Origin: Phycisphaerae bacterium
GTDB lineage: Bacteria > Planctomycetota > Phycisphaerae > UBA1845 > Fen-1342
Direction of reading: 5' to 3'
Length of the DNA stretch: 64,000 nucleotides
Assembly: GCA_050115495.1 (NCBI GenBank)
Contig: JASFQK010000020.1
Location: 32,001 to 96,000 of the forward strand
In this document: positions 13,511 through 25,863 of the stretch, in pieces
How positions within the stretch are numbered: position 1 is the stretch's first letter
How the letters are laid out: each line of letters begins with the position of its first letter
Notes under the pieces: generated by a model
What the model saw: only the letters and a program-made list of their open reading frames with translations
Databases searched by the model: none
Told to the model about the DNA's origin: nothing
Position numbers and translations under genes: made by a program

Positions 13511-14179
13511 CTACCGGCGCGGATCGCCGGCCAACCGCCTGGCCACTTCTGCCCCCGTCGCTGCATCGCCACCGTAGCCGTCCGCGCCGACTTGCTGCGC
13601 GAACTGCTCGGTTATCGGTGCCCCGCCGATGATGACCTTCGGCGAAGGCGACACCTCCTCGTGGATTCTCTTGATGATCGTCGCCATCTGCGGCATGGTC
13701 GTGGTCAGCAAGGCGCTCAGGCCGACGACATCCACGCGGCGCTCGCGACAGGCGGCGACGAACTGCTCGGCGGTCACGTCCACCCCCAGGTCGATCACCT
13801 CGAAGCCGGCGCCCTGCAACATGGTGGCCACCAGGTTCTTCCCGATGTCGTGCAGGTCGCCCGAAACGGTGCCGATCACGGCCGTGGCTTCGGGCCGGAC
13901 GTTCTCGCTGGCCAATCGCGGCTGGAGAAGCTCCATGCCGCATTTCATGGCGTCGGCGGCAACGAGCACCTCCGGAAGGAAGTACTCGCCATCGCGGAAG
14001 AGGCGTCCCACCTGGTCCATGCCGGCGAGCAGCCCCTTGTTGAGCAACTCCTGCGCCGACATGCCGTCACGCAACGCCTGCTCGAGCAGGGTGCGCGTCT
14101 GTTGGTCGTCCCCCTCCAGCACCGCCTTGGCGATCTGGTCCGTTACTGCGCTCGACAACTTCGGTTCTCCTGTGGGCAT
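13511..14179 (-). CDS. Corrinoid (B12-binding) protein, MtaC/MttC-like
   Basis: Four-helix cap (GMDQVGRLF...EYFLPEVL) plus DLHDIGKNLV, SALLTTTM and IIGGAP B12-binding motifs. Confidence 0.93.
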   Translation of the reverse strand: MPTGEPKLSSAVTDQIAKAVLEGDDQQTRTLLEQALRDGMSAQELLNKGLLAGMDQVGRLFRDGEYFLPEVLVAADAMKCGMELLQPRLASENVRPEATAVIGTVSGDLHDIGKNLVATMLQGAGFEVIDLGVDVTAEQFVAACRERRVDVVGLSALLTTTMPQMATIIKRIHEEVSPSPKVIIGGAPITEQFAQQVGADGYGGDAATGAEVARRLAGDPRR

Positions 14180-14235
14180 GGCGGGCCGCCGGTTGCCGGC
14201 CGGCGGCGCCTGCCAGACGGGAACTCTAAGGTGGG

Positions 14236-14506
14236 TCGCCGTCGGTTCGCAAGCGAAAACCACATTGGATCCGCGGTTCCGGACACGTTCACTCCGCGGC
14301 CGAGCGTCTCGTCCAATAACCCCATTTGATCGCAGACGGCGGTGGGCGACCGGCGAAACCGCCGCAGGCGGCCTATGATTGTCGACTGCCGACTGGCCGC
14401 CGCCGCGGCCCTGACTGGAGGACGAAAGACCGCATGAACCGCCGAGACTACGTGGCGCTGGCCGCCGCCGGGGCACGGGCGGTGATCGCTTGCGAACCGA
14501 CGGCGA
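14236..14506. repeat. Perfect 21-bp inverted repeat pair (14236-14256 and 14486-14506)
   Basis: TCGCCGTCGGTTCGCAAGCGA and its exact reverse complement TCGCTTGCGAACCGACGGCGA, separated by 229 bp. Confidence 0.95.
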
Positions 14507-14961
14507 GTACGGCCTACGTGTCACCGCGACAGATGAGCGGGCCGGGGGGCGTGTTCGATCGGTACGCCATGCACTGGAACCGGCGAGTGCGCGAGGTCGA
14601 CGCCGAGTTGATCTTCCATTGCTGCGGCGAGCTCAACGACGACACGGTCCGCCGCTTCGGCAGCCTCGAGCCGGTGATCCTCAGCCTGGGCAGCTCGCGG
14701 CGGCTGTGGGAGGATGCGGTGCTGGTGCCGCAAGACGTGGTCCTGTTCGGCAACCTGCCGTCGCGGAAGTTCTTCTCCGACGACGAGATCACGGCGGCGG
14801 AGCTGACGGCACGCATGCAGGCCGCGGGCCACCCGTTCATCCTCGGCAGCGAATGCGACATCCTGAGCGTGCGGGGAGCGCACGACGTCATTCTGCGGAA
14901 GGTGGAGGCCATGCTCGACGCGGGCCCGGGGCGCCGCGGGGGGCACACCGGGTCCGCGTGA
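14434..14961 (+). pseudogene. Truncated or internally deleted UROD-like methyltransferase family protein
   Basis: GGAGG SD plus ATG. Only 175 aa, holding C-terminal-half motifs (CEP, FHCCG, LFGNLPS, FILGSECD); the neighbouring family members are 350-370 aa. Confidence 0.6.
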
Positions 14962-14974
14962 GCGGGGTGAACGG

Positions 14975-17804
<2,830 letters not shown>

Positions 17805-17856
17805 ACCGCAACCCTTCCTGACGCGGCCGGCTCCCCTCCCGGCCGCGGAGGCGTTC

Positions 17857-19977
17857 ATGATCACGCATAAGCCTACCGGCTGGAACACGTGGGATTTCCG
17901 CGGGTTCAATCGCCTGGTGTACCTGCGCCAGGGTCGGACCATCATCAACCTGCAGTACGCCATCTGGGACGAGGACCATCGGCCGGCGGACGAGGTCAAG
18001 AACCGCGGCGGACTGCATCACAACCTGCGCTGGCAGCATGCGACGCGATTGGGGCCGCATGCGCCGCTCGGCCTGCCTGCCAAGCTCGAGTTCAAGATCA
18101 ACGAAACGTCGTTCGAGGCGGAAGCGATCGACGAGAACGGCACGCTTTGCCTGACGGTCCGGCCGCTGAGCGAGACGCGGATGCGCGTTGTGTATCGGCT
18201 ACTGGCGCCCGACGGCGACGCTGTGCACAAGACGTCAACGACGTCCGGAACGTTCGCCGGCTGCCGGCTGGAATTCACGGGGGCGACGTGGCCGCAGGAT
18301 TACTTCCTGAACGTGGCCGAGCCATATGCGCTCGGCGGGCCGGGTGGTGCGGCGACGGTGCGGGTCACGCCGCCGGGAGCGACTTCTTCATCGGGCGGGA
18401 CGTTGGCCGCATTGGAGAGCACGAGCGTGGTCGGCGAAGGGGCGCTGGCCGATGCGCCCGGAGCCATGCTGCCGGCGGTGACGTGGAACACGCTGTACGA
18501 CACCCGGCGGCGGCTGGTCTCATCGCCGGTGAGCCGCGACTGGATGGCGGACTGGCGCGGCGTCACGGTGTTCTGCTGGGACACGTACTTCGTCGGGGCG
18601 ATGATCGCTCATGCGTTTCCGGAGCTGGCCCGTCTGAATTTCGAGACGGTGACGGCGGCGATCGACGAATTGGGTCACGTGCCGAATTACTACATGGCTC
18701 ACGGCGCGGCCTCGTTTGACCGCTCGATGCCGCCGATCGGCGCGTACATCGTGTGGAAGACGCAGGCGGCACGGCCCGACACGGCCTGGCTCCTCCGGAT
18801 GTATCGCCCGCTATGCCGCTGGCACGCGTACTGGATGGCGCATCGCGACGGCAACGGCGACGGACTGCTCGAATGGGGTTCCGACGCGGCGCCGGCGTTC
18901 GAGTTCCCGCAGCTCTTGCAGGACAACCCGCAGTTACAGCATTCGGCGAAGTGTGCGATGTACGAGTCGGGTCTCGACAACTCGCCGATGTACGACGATG
19001 TGCCGTTCAACGCGCAAACCAATACGTTTGAGTTGGCCGACATTGGCCTGTCGAGCTACTACGCGCTCGATTGCGAGGCGCTGGCCCGCATCGCCGCAGC
19101 GCTCGGCCGCAAGAGCGACGCCGCCCGCTATCAGCGCGAATACGAGACGATGGCCCGGCGGATCAACGAGACACTCTGGGATGAGGAAGCAGGCATCTAC
19201 GCCAATCGCCACTGGGACGGCCGGTTCTCCCGGCGGTGGTCGCCGACGTCGTTCTTCCCGCTGCTGGCCGGAGTCGCGCCGGCGGAGCGAGCGGCCCGTC
19301 TCGTGCATGAGCACCTGCTCAACGAGCGTGAGTTCTGGGGCGAGTACGTGCTGCCTTCCATCGCCCGCAACGATCCGGCGTATCCGGACAACGACTACTG
19401 GCGCGGGCGGATCTGGGGGCCGTTCAACTTCCTCGTGGCCGAGGGGCTGCGGCGCTATCGCTTCGACGACGTGGCCGCTGAGCTCGCCCGCCGAAGTCTG
19501 GACCTGTTCATGCGGAACTGGCGGGCGGACGGCGGCGTGTACGAGAACTACAACGCCGACACGGGCGTCGGGGCGGACGTGTGGAACGCGGCGCGGCTGT
19601 ACCACTGGGGCGGGCTGCTGGCGTATATCGCGATGCAGGAGCTGATCGACGTCGAGCCGACGGGATACCTGCGCTTCGGCTCGCGCAAGTTCCCGCACGC
19701 GGGTCTGCGGCGGGTGCACGTGGGCGGCGCTGTGTACGACGTCGACATGCAAAATGGTATGCGCGTGTGGCGCAACGGGGCGCTGCTGCTCGAAACCGAG
19801 CCACGGGCGATCGTGCGACTGCCGCTGGCGTGCGCGGGCGATGTGCCGATCGAGATTTCCACCGAGCAGGGCGGGCGATTGACATTGCACGAGTCGAAGA
19901 CGCCGCCGCGGCCAGCGCGGGTCAACGGTGAGACGCTCATCACGCCGACGGGGACACCGGCGACGTACACCTGGTAG
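17857..19977 (+). CDS. Glycoside hydrolase, GH63/MGH1-like (alpha/alpha)6 barrel
   Basis: FCWDTYF, ESGLDNSPMYD, YWRGRIWGP, YENYNADTG, YHWGGL. Confidence 0.85.
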   Translation: MITHKPTGWNTWDFRGFNRLVYLRQGRTIINLQYAIWDEDHRPADEVKNRGGLHHNLRWQHATRLGPHAPLGLPAKLEFKINETSFEAEAIDENGTLCLTVRPLSETRMRVVYRLLAPDGDAVHKTSTTSGTFAGCRLEFTGATWPQDYFLNVAEPYALGGPGGAATVRVTPPGATSSSGGTLAALESTSVVGEGALADAPGAMLPAVTWNTLYDTRRRLVSSPVSRDWMADWRGVTVFCWDTYFVGAMIAHAFPELARLNFETVTAAIDELGHVPNYYMAHGAASFDRSMPPIGAYIVWKTQAARPDTAWLLRMYRPLCRWHAYWMAHRDGNGDGLLEWGSDAAPAFEFPQLLQDNPQLQHSAKCAMYESGLDNSPMYDDVPFNAQTNTFELADIGLSSYYALDCEALARIAAALGRKSDAARYQREYETMARRINETLWDEEAGIYANRHWDGRFSRRWSPTSFFPLLAGVAPAERAARLVHEHLLNEREFWGEYVLPSIARNDPAYPDNDYWRGRIWGPFNFLVAEGLRRYRFDDVAAELARRSLDLFMRNWRADGGVYENYNADTGVGADVWNAARLYHWGGLLAYIAMQELIDVEPTGYLRFGSRKFPHAGLRRVHVGGAVYDVDMQNGMRVWRNGALLLETEPRAIVRLPLACAGDVPIEISTEQGGRLTLHESKTPPRPARVNGETLITPTGTPATYTW

Positions 19978-19980
19978 CGA

Positions 19981-22290
19981 CTACCGCTCGGTGTATGGAA
20001 TGACCTGCGAGCCGCCGCGCGATGGGTCGTAGGGAACATCGTCGACGCAGATGGGCAAGTCGGGGGCCGGGCCGTCGATGGGTGTGATCGTGACGGCGTG
20101 GCGGTCGATGTGCACATCGAGCCGCCGGTCACGCAACATGAGCGAGAAGCGCAGCGCTGACCACTTCGCCGGCAACCGCGGCTCGATCGACAAGCCATTC
20201 TCGCGCAGGTGCACGCCGCCGAAGCCGAACACCGCCGCCATCCACGCTCCGCCGAGCGCCGTGCCGTGCAGGCCGGCATGCGTGTCGCTGCGCCCGGTAA
20301 GACTTTCGTCGAGATCGAGCCCGGCGGTGATGAGGAACTGCTCGTATGCCTCATCGCGGTCGCCGACATCCGCGGCCATGATCGCGTTGATGGCAAAGCT
20401 CATCGACGAGAAGTTCATGCTCTTGTCTTTGTAGTACGCCCAGTTGGCCTGGCGAACGTCCTGCCCGAACACGTCGCGGAACATCACCAGGGCCATCACC
20501 ACGTCCGGCTGGTTCATCGCCTGGTAGTCGGCCAGCGGGATGAACCAATCGCGGCGGCCGGACAGCAGCTCCGCCGGCGGCGGCGGGAGCTGGTAGAACC
20601 CGTCGTATTGCTCGTACAGCCGCGTCGTCGGGTCGAACAGCAGCGTCAGGCGAACCGCGATGGCCCGCCACTGCGGCGGCTCATGCGGGTCGATGTTCAG
20701 TCGCGCCATGACGGCGGTGCGCTCGGCGGACGGTAAAGCGTCCAACACGTCAGCAGCCCAGCCCAACGTGCGGGCGGCGAGGTAGTTCGTGTAGAAGTTG
20801 TTCGTGCTTTCGCAATGGCCTTCGTCCGGGCCGGCGACGTCGTGCAGGTCGTACGCATTCCGGGCCGCATCATGCTTCGCCCGACCGGCATAGAACCGGG
20901 CCGACTCGACGAGCAGGTCGAGGCCCTTCTCGCGCAAAAACGTCGCGTCGCCGGTAGCGTGGGCGTAGTTCATCAAGGCATTGGCGACGTCGCCGTTGAT
21001 GTGGATGTTCGTGTGCGTGAAGCGGTACCAGCGGCCGAGGCACTCTTCGCCGTACGGGCCGGCCTGCCAGGCGAGCTTCGCCCCGGGCAGGCTGAGTTCG
21101 GCGGCGATCTTCCGCCCCTCGGCGAGGCCGGCGACGCGGAAGTTGAGACACGTCCGGGCGTATTCCGGAAAGACAAACGTGTAGAATGGCAGGATGTGCG
21201 TTTCGGTGTCGTAGAACGTGTTGCCCTGGTAGTAGTCGCCGCTGAGTAGCTTGACCGGCACGCTGAGCCGATCGCTGAAGCGCGGGGCGGCGGCGATCAG
21301 GTGGTGCAGGCAAAAACGCAGATAGCGCTGCGCCTGGTCATCGCCGACGATCTCGACGTCCGCCCGCCGCCACAACGCCTGCCACGCGCTCAATTGCCGG
21401 CCGAGCGCTTCGCCGAAGCCCTGCTGTACGGCGGCGTCGAGTTCGGTCGTGATCTCGGTGGCGACGCCGTGCCGCTCATCTTCGGAGCTGCACAGCACGA
21501 CGGTGCGGTCGATGGCGGCCGACCGACCGGCGGGCACTTCGTACAGCAGCTCGGTGTAGACGGCATCGTGGCCGACGACGCCGCGCACTTCGCGCGGCGT
21601 GGTGCCACCGTGCGGTGTGGTCTCGACGCCGAGATCAACGGTGATACCGCGGGCGGGCGTTCGCACGCGCAGCAGGCAGCGTGACGCCGGCTCAGCCGAG
21701 AGCGTCTGCACGGTGAACTGTCGCTCGCGCGTCGCGTTGGCGTGCACGGCTGCATTGATACCGCTGAGGATGCGCAGCGGCGCGTCATGGTCGAGCGGCG
21801 TGGCAGAGTAGCGCATGAAGACCCGGTGCGGGTCACTCAGTGCGGCGAAACGCTGCATGGCGATGCGCGTCGTCCGGCCCGCCGCATCGTGATAGTCAAA
21901 CGTGCAGATGTACAACCCGCTGCTCAGCACGAGCGTCTGCGTGAAGTCGCTGACCTCGCCGCGATCCAGCGAGACCTCGCGGTCGCCGACGAACAGCCGC
22001 ACGAACAGCGGGTCGGGCAGGTTGGCGACGCCGGGGCTGCGACCGGCGGTGTCGAAATACGCCGGGTCGAGCCACCGGCGGCGTTGCCCCGAGGCCCGCA
22101 GCAGCCCGAACATGTCGAGCTCGTCATAGACACCGTGGATGATCGTGGTCGGGCAGTCCCCCCCGCGCTGCTCCGGCAGGTTGCCCTTGAGGCCGAGGTA
22201 TCCATTGGCGATCGTGCAGACGCTGTTGAACTGGGCGAGGTGCTGCGGGTCGTGATGGTGATTGACGATGGTCCAGGTGTCAGGGGTCAT
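19981..22290 (-). CDS. GH65 family glycoside phosphorylase/hydrolase
   Basis: ANGYLGLKG, YQGNTFYDTE, HINGDVA, VAGPDE, NNFYTN, QPDVVM, GLHGTALGGAW. Confidence 0.92.
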   Translation of the reverse strand: MTPDTWTIVNHHHDPQHLAQFNSVCTIANGYLGLKGNLPEQRGGDCPTTIIHGVYDELDMFGLLRASGQRRRWLDPAYFDTAGRSPGVANLPDPLFVRLFVGDREVSLDRGEVSDFTQTLVLSSGLYICTFDYHDAAGRTTRIAMQRFAALSDPHRVFMRYSATPLDHDAPLRILSGINAAVHANATRERQFTVQTLSAEPASRCLLRVRTPARGITVDLGVETTPHGGTTPREVRGVVGHDAVYTELLYEVPAGRSAAIDRTVVLCSSEDERHGVATEITTELDAAVQQGFGEALGRQLSAWQALWRRADVEIVGDDQAQRYLRFCLHHLIAAAPRFSDRLSVPVKLLSGDYYQGNTFYDTETHILPFYTFVFPEYARTCLNFRVAGLAEGRKIAAELSLPGAKLAWQAGPYGEECLGRWYRFTHTNIHINGDVANALMNYAHATGDATFLREKGLDLLVESARFYAGRAKHDAARNAYDLHDVAGPDEGHCESTNNFYTNYLAARTLGWAADVLDALPSAERTAVMARLNIDPHEPPQWRAIAVRLTLLFDPTTRLYEQYDGFYQLPPPPAELLSGRRDWFIPLADYQAMNQPDVVMALVMFRDVFGQDVRQANWAYYKDKSMNFSSMSFAINAIMAADVGDRDEAYEQFLITAGLDLDESLTGRSDTHAGLHGTALGGAWMAAVFGFGGVHLRENGLSIEPRLPAKWSALRFSLMLRDRRLDVHIDRHAVTITPIDGPAPDLPICVDDVPYDPSRGGSQVIPYTER

Positions 22291-22293
22291 GGC

Positions 22294-23697
22294 TCAGGGC
22301 GCCTCCCGCAGCAGGAGGTTCTCGGCGAGGATCAGCTCGGGCAGACCGCCGTGGATGATCTTGGCGGCGGCGGTGTAGTCCTGACCGCCGGTGTCGCGGT
22401 TGGGCAGAGCGACGGCACAACCAACGCCCGCCGCCCGTAGGGCAACGATGCCGGGCTCGGTGTCTTCGAGGCCGACACAGTACGGGTAGTCGGCTCGCGG
22501 CAGCGACATCTGGTAGAGGGCGATGCTGTACAGATCGCGGTGCGGCTTGAGCCGCGCCTCATGAGCGGCGGAGGCGTCGACGAACCCGTCGAACACAGTA
22601 TGCAGGTCGGCGAGCTTCTCGGCCAGCCGCTCCTTGCATTCGTTGCTGACGGGCCACGTCGCGGCTTCGGCGGCGACCAGTCGCAGGATCTCCTTCATCA
22701 CGGCGTGCGCCTCGTAGGCGGTCGACGCGGTGACGAGGGCGAGCTTCGCCGGATGCCGGGCGAAATGCGTACCCAGGCGGGCCAGCCGCGGACGCCAGGC
22801 ATCGACCTGCGCCGACGACCAGTGTTTCCGCGGGTCGGCGAGCAGCGCTTCTCGCAATGGCTCGAACAAAGCCGCCGCTTCCGCCCCGAGCCAGCCACGG
22901 ACGAGCGGGACGAAGACCGCGTAGCCCGGCATCGGTTCGACCAGGTGGCGTGAGGCGTCACCCAGCAGTTCGCGGCTGAGCGCATTGCCGGCCCCCTGCT
23001 CCATCTTCCGCAGGGTGCTGTGATAGCGCAGGTAATAGACGTCGAGGGCGACGCTGACCCGCACGACGTGCGGCTCGTCGCGGAACGCCGATGCGTAGCG
23101 GGCGAGCAGCGGTCGCACCAAATCGCCGACGCTCTCAGCGTTGACCTGGCCTGAGGCCACCAGTCGGCGGAATTCGTCGTCGTCGAGCAGCGCGCCGAGT
23201 CCGCAGGCGCGGGCGTTGTGCACCACCTCGCGCCGCCGGTGTTCGTCGGTCATGCACGCCAGCGTCCACAGCACGGCTTCGCCGAACGCCTGGCACAGAG
23301 CCGCACGGTCGAGGGCGTCGCCGTAGCGTTCGAGGAGGAACTCGGTGTGGCGAAAGTTGCTGTTGCCGATGACGTAGGGGTAGTCGGCGTGCGGATCGAG
23401 GCCGGGCCAGGCCGCCCGATCGAGTCGCCCGGTAAACCGCCGGACCATGTACTCGAGGGCATGCAGGGCGAGCGGCTCGGTCGTCGTGCTGGTGCCGTCC
23501 ATATCGACGGCGAAGGCGGCGATGCGCTCCAGCGGCGGCGTGACCCGCGGGGCGAGCGGGTAGAGTTCGAACGGGGCGAAGACGTAGTCGAGATTGCGTA
23601 CGCGGGCGAACTCGGTCGCGCCCAGCTTCGCCGCCTCGGTGTGCAGGAGGCCGGCGGCCTCGTCGCCGCTGAGGTATTCCACGAGTCGTTGCTTCAT
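22294..23697 (-). CDS. HAD-superfamily hydrolase (beta-phosphoglucomutase-like) with a large insertion
   Basis: Motif I DMDGT, II VTAS, III LKPHRDLY, IV LEDTEPGI; ends 3 bp before the GH65 start. Confidence 0.8.
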   Translation of the reverse strand: MKQRLVEYLSGDEAAGLLHTEAAKLGATEFARVRNLDYVFAPFELYPLAPRVTPPLERIAAFAVDMDGTSTTTEPLALHALEYMVRRFTGRLDRAAWPGLDPHADYPYVIGNSNFRHTEFLLERYGDALDRAALCQAFGEAVLWTLACMTDEHRRREVVHNARACGLGALLDDDEFRRLVASGQVNAESVGDLVRPLLARYASAFRDEPHVVRVSVALDVYYLRYHSTLRKMEQGAGNALSRELLGDASRHLVEPMPGYAVFVPLVRGWLGAEAAALFEPLREALLADPRKHWSSAQVDAWRPRLARLGTHFARHPAKLALVTASTAYEAHAVMKEILRLVAAEAATWPVSNECKERLAEKLADLHTVFDGFVDASAAHEARLKPHRDLYSIALYQMSLPRADYPYCVGLEDTEPGIVALRAAGVGCAVALPNRDTGGQDYTAAAKIIHGGLPELILAENLLLREAP

Positions 23698-23797
23698 GGC
23701 CGCCAGCGTAACGGTGGCGGCGGGTCGGGGCCAGCGCGGGCCCCTGGGCGGCCGCTGGATGTCTCGTTATGCTGGGGGCGTCTCGCCTGGGGCACGC

Positions 23798-25528
23798 ATG
23801 TCGCGAGATCTGAACAACTCTGCCGTCGGTCCTACGTGGACGCAGCGCATCGGTTTCTGGCTGGGTCTGGCGCTGTTTATCGGTCTGCTGGCCGTGTCGC
23901 CGCCGACGAGCATGCACCGGGCGGCCCGGCTCCATTTTCGCACGGAGCTGGCGGCCGACGTGAACCGCATGCTCGCCCGGGCCGGCACGCCGGACGCACC
24001 GCCCGAGTCGGCGGAGTATCAAGCGGTCGAGGACCGGGCGGTGCAGGCCCGGGCCCGCATCATGATGGGGGCGGCGGCGGTGACGGCCCTCGTGGCCTGC
24101 TGGTGGATCACGGTGGCCGTGCCGATTCCGGTGACGTCGCTGCTGCCGCTGCTGCTGCTGCCGTTGGTCGGGGTGCTGCCCGTTCGCCAGGCGGCCGTCC
24201 CGTATGCTGATGCGAACGTGTTCCTGTTCATGGGCGGCTTCGTCATCGCTCTCGGCGTCGAGCGCTGGGGGCTGCATCGGCGGATCGCCCTGCACATCGT
24301 CCGGATCGTCGGCACGGGGCGGTCGACGATTGTGCTGGGGTTCATGATCGCCAGCGCGGTGTTGAGCATGTGGATCAGTAACACGGCTACGACCCTGATG
24401 ATGCTGCCCATCGGCCTGGCGGTGATCGGAGCGCTGGCGGACCTCACACCGCAGGACGGACCACGACCGCGGGCGAACTTCGCCGCCGCGCTGATGCTGG
24501 GCATCGCCTATGCCGCCAGCGTCGGCGGCGTGGGCACGCCCATCGGCACACCGCCAAACATCTCCTTCCGCGGGCAACTGGCCCGGCTGTACCCGGCGGC
24601 GCCGGAGATTAGCTTCGGGCAGTGGCTGCTGTTGCTCCTGCCGCTGGTCTGCGTGTTTGTGCCGGTGATCTGGCTGGTGCTGGTGCGGATCACCTGCCCG
24701 GTGGGACGCGGCGGGCTGCGCGCCGGTCGTGAGGTGATCCGTCAGCAACTCGCCGCTCTCGGCCCCATGCGCCGGCCGGAGATCACGATGCTGATCGTCT
24801 TCGTGGCGACGGCGCTGCTGTGGATCACGCGGAGCATTCCGCTCGGCGAGGATGCGAATTGCGGCTGGGCGGCGTTGCTGGAAGGCTGGCTGGCGCCGGC
24901 GGATGGCTCACCGTCGCGGTTCAACGCGGCGTTCATCAACGATGCAACGGTGGCGCTGCTGATGGCGGTGCTGATGTTCGCCATTCCCGCGGGCCGTGAC
25001 GCCGAGGGCACGCCCCAACGGCTGATGAACTGGGAGACGGCAACGCGCCTGCCGTGGGGGATTCTGCTGCTGTTCGGCGGCGGTTTCGCGATCGCCGCCG
25101 GCCTGCGGGGCAGCGGTCTGAGCCTGTGGTGCGGGCAGGTTTTCGCCGAGATGGACCTGCATAATCCGCTGCTCCTCGTGCCGGGCGTATGCCTGCTGAT
25201 GACGTTCCTGACCGAAATGACCAGCAACACGGCGACGACCGAGGTCATGCTGCCGATCGTGGCCAACGTCGGCCAGGCCCTCGGATATCACCCGCTGCTG
25301 CTGATGCTGCCGGCGACGATCTCTGCCTCGTGCGCGTTCATGCTGCCGGTGGCCACGCCGCCGAACGCGATCGTCTTCGGCTCTGGGCAGGTCGAGATGG
25401 GGCGGATGGTGCGGACGGGGCTCATCCTCAACCTCATCGGCGTCGTGCTGGTGACGGCGGTGATCTACTTCCTGGTGCAGCCGGTGCTCGGCATCGATCT
25501 GCGCGAGCTGCCCGACTGGGCCAGGTGA
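23798..25528 (+). CDS. SLC13/DASS family sodium-coupled carboxylate/anion symporter
   Basis: SMWISNTATT, GTPIGTPPN, TEMTSNTAT, SCAFMLPVATPPNAIVFG. Confidence 0.93.
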   Translation: MSRDLNNSAVGPTWTQRIGFWLGLALFIGLLAVSPPTSMHRAARLHFRTELAADVNRMLARAGTPDAPPESAEYQAVEDRAVQARARIMMGAAAVTALVACWWITVAVPIPVTSLLPLLLLPLVGVLPVRQAAVPYADANVFLFMGGFVIALGVERWGLHRRIALHIVRIVGTGRSTIVLGFMIASAVLSMWISNTATTLMMLPIGLAVIGALADLTPQDGPRPRANFAAALMLGIAYAASVGGVGTPIGTPPNISFRGQLARLYPAAPEISFGQWLLLLLPLVCVFVPVIWLVLVRITCPVGRGGLRAGREVIRQQLAALGPMRRPEITMLIVFVATALLWITRSIPLGEDANCGWAALLEGWLAPADGSPSRFNAAFINDATVALLMAVLMFAIPAGRDAEGTPQRLMNWETATRLPWGILLLFGGGFAIAAGLRGSGLSLWCGQVFAEMDLHNPLLLVPGVCLLMTFLTEMTSNTATTEVMLPIVANVGQALGYHPLLLMLPATISASCAFMLPVATPPNAIVFGSGQVEMGRMVRTGLILNLIGVVLVTAVIYFLVQPVLGIDLRELPDWAR

Positions 25529-25623
25529 GCAGGCCCCGACCGGCCGGCGGGCTCAAGCGGAGTGGGCCGAATGGCCGATACGACGCGCAGGATCTTCCAG
25601 TGGTGCCGGTGGGACCCGCGCCC

Positions 25624-25857
25624 ATGCCCGACGAGACCGAACAGCAGACCGCGGGGGCGGAGACACCGATCGGCGACGGGCCGCATGCGCCGCGCCCGTA
25701 TATCGGCGTCCTGTTCGAGTGCTGCGGAGTGTACGCGCGGATCTATCGCCGGCCGGAGCAGAAGTACTACTGGGGGCGTTGTCCGAAATGCCTGCGCACG
25801 GTGCATGTGCGCGTGGGGCGGGACGGGGTCAGCACACGTCAGTTTCGGGCTTCGTGA
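25624..25857 (+). CDS. Small Cys-rich (putative Zn-ribbon) hypothetical protein
   Basis: 77 aa with FECCGVYARIY and GRCPKC; fills the gap between two larger genes. Confidence 0.7.
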   Translation: MPDETEQQTAGAETPIGDGPHAPRPYIGVLFECCGVYARIYRRPEQKYYWGRCPKCLRTVHVRVGRDGVSTRQFRAS

Positions 25858-25863
25858 GGCAGA

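Noticed and set aside
12348..14524. ORF-track N-terminal extensions of the UROD-like (to 13943) and corrinoid (to 14524) genes
   Set aside because: The extensions are low-complexity and overlap other genes; family-typical starts are at 13460 and 14179.
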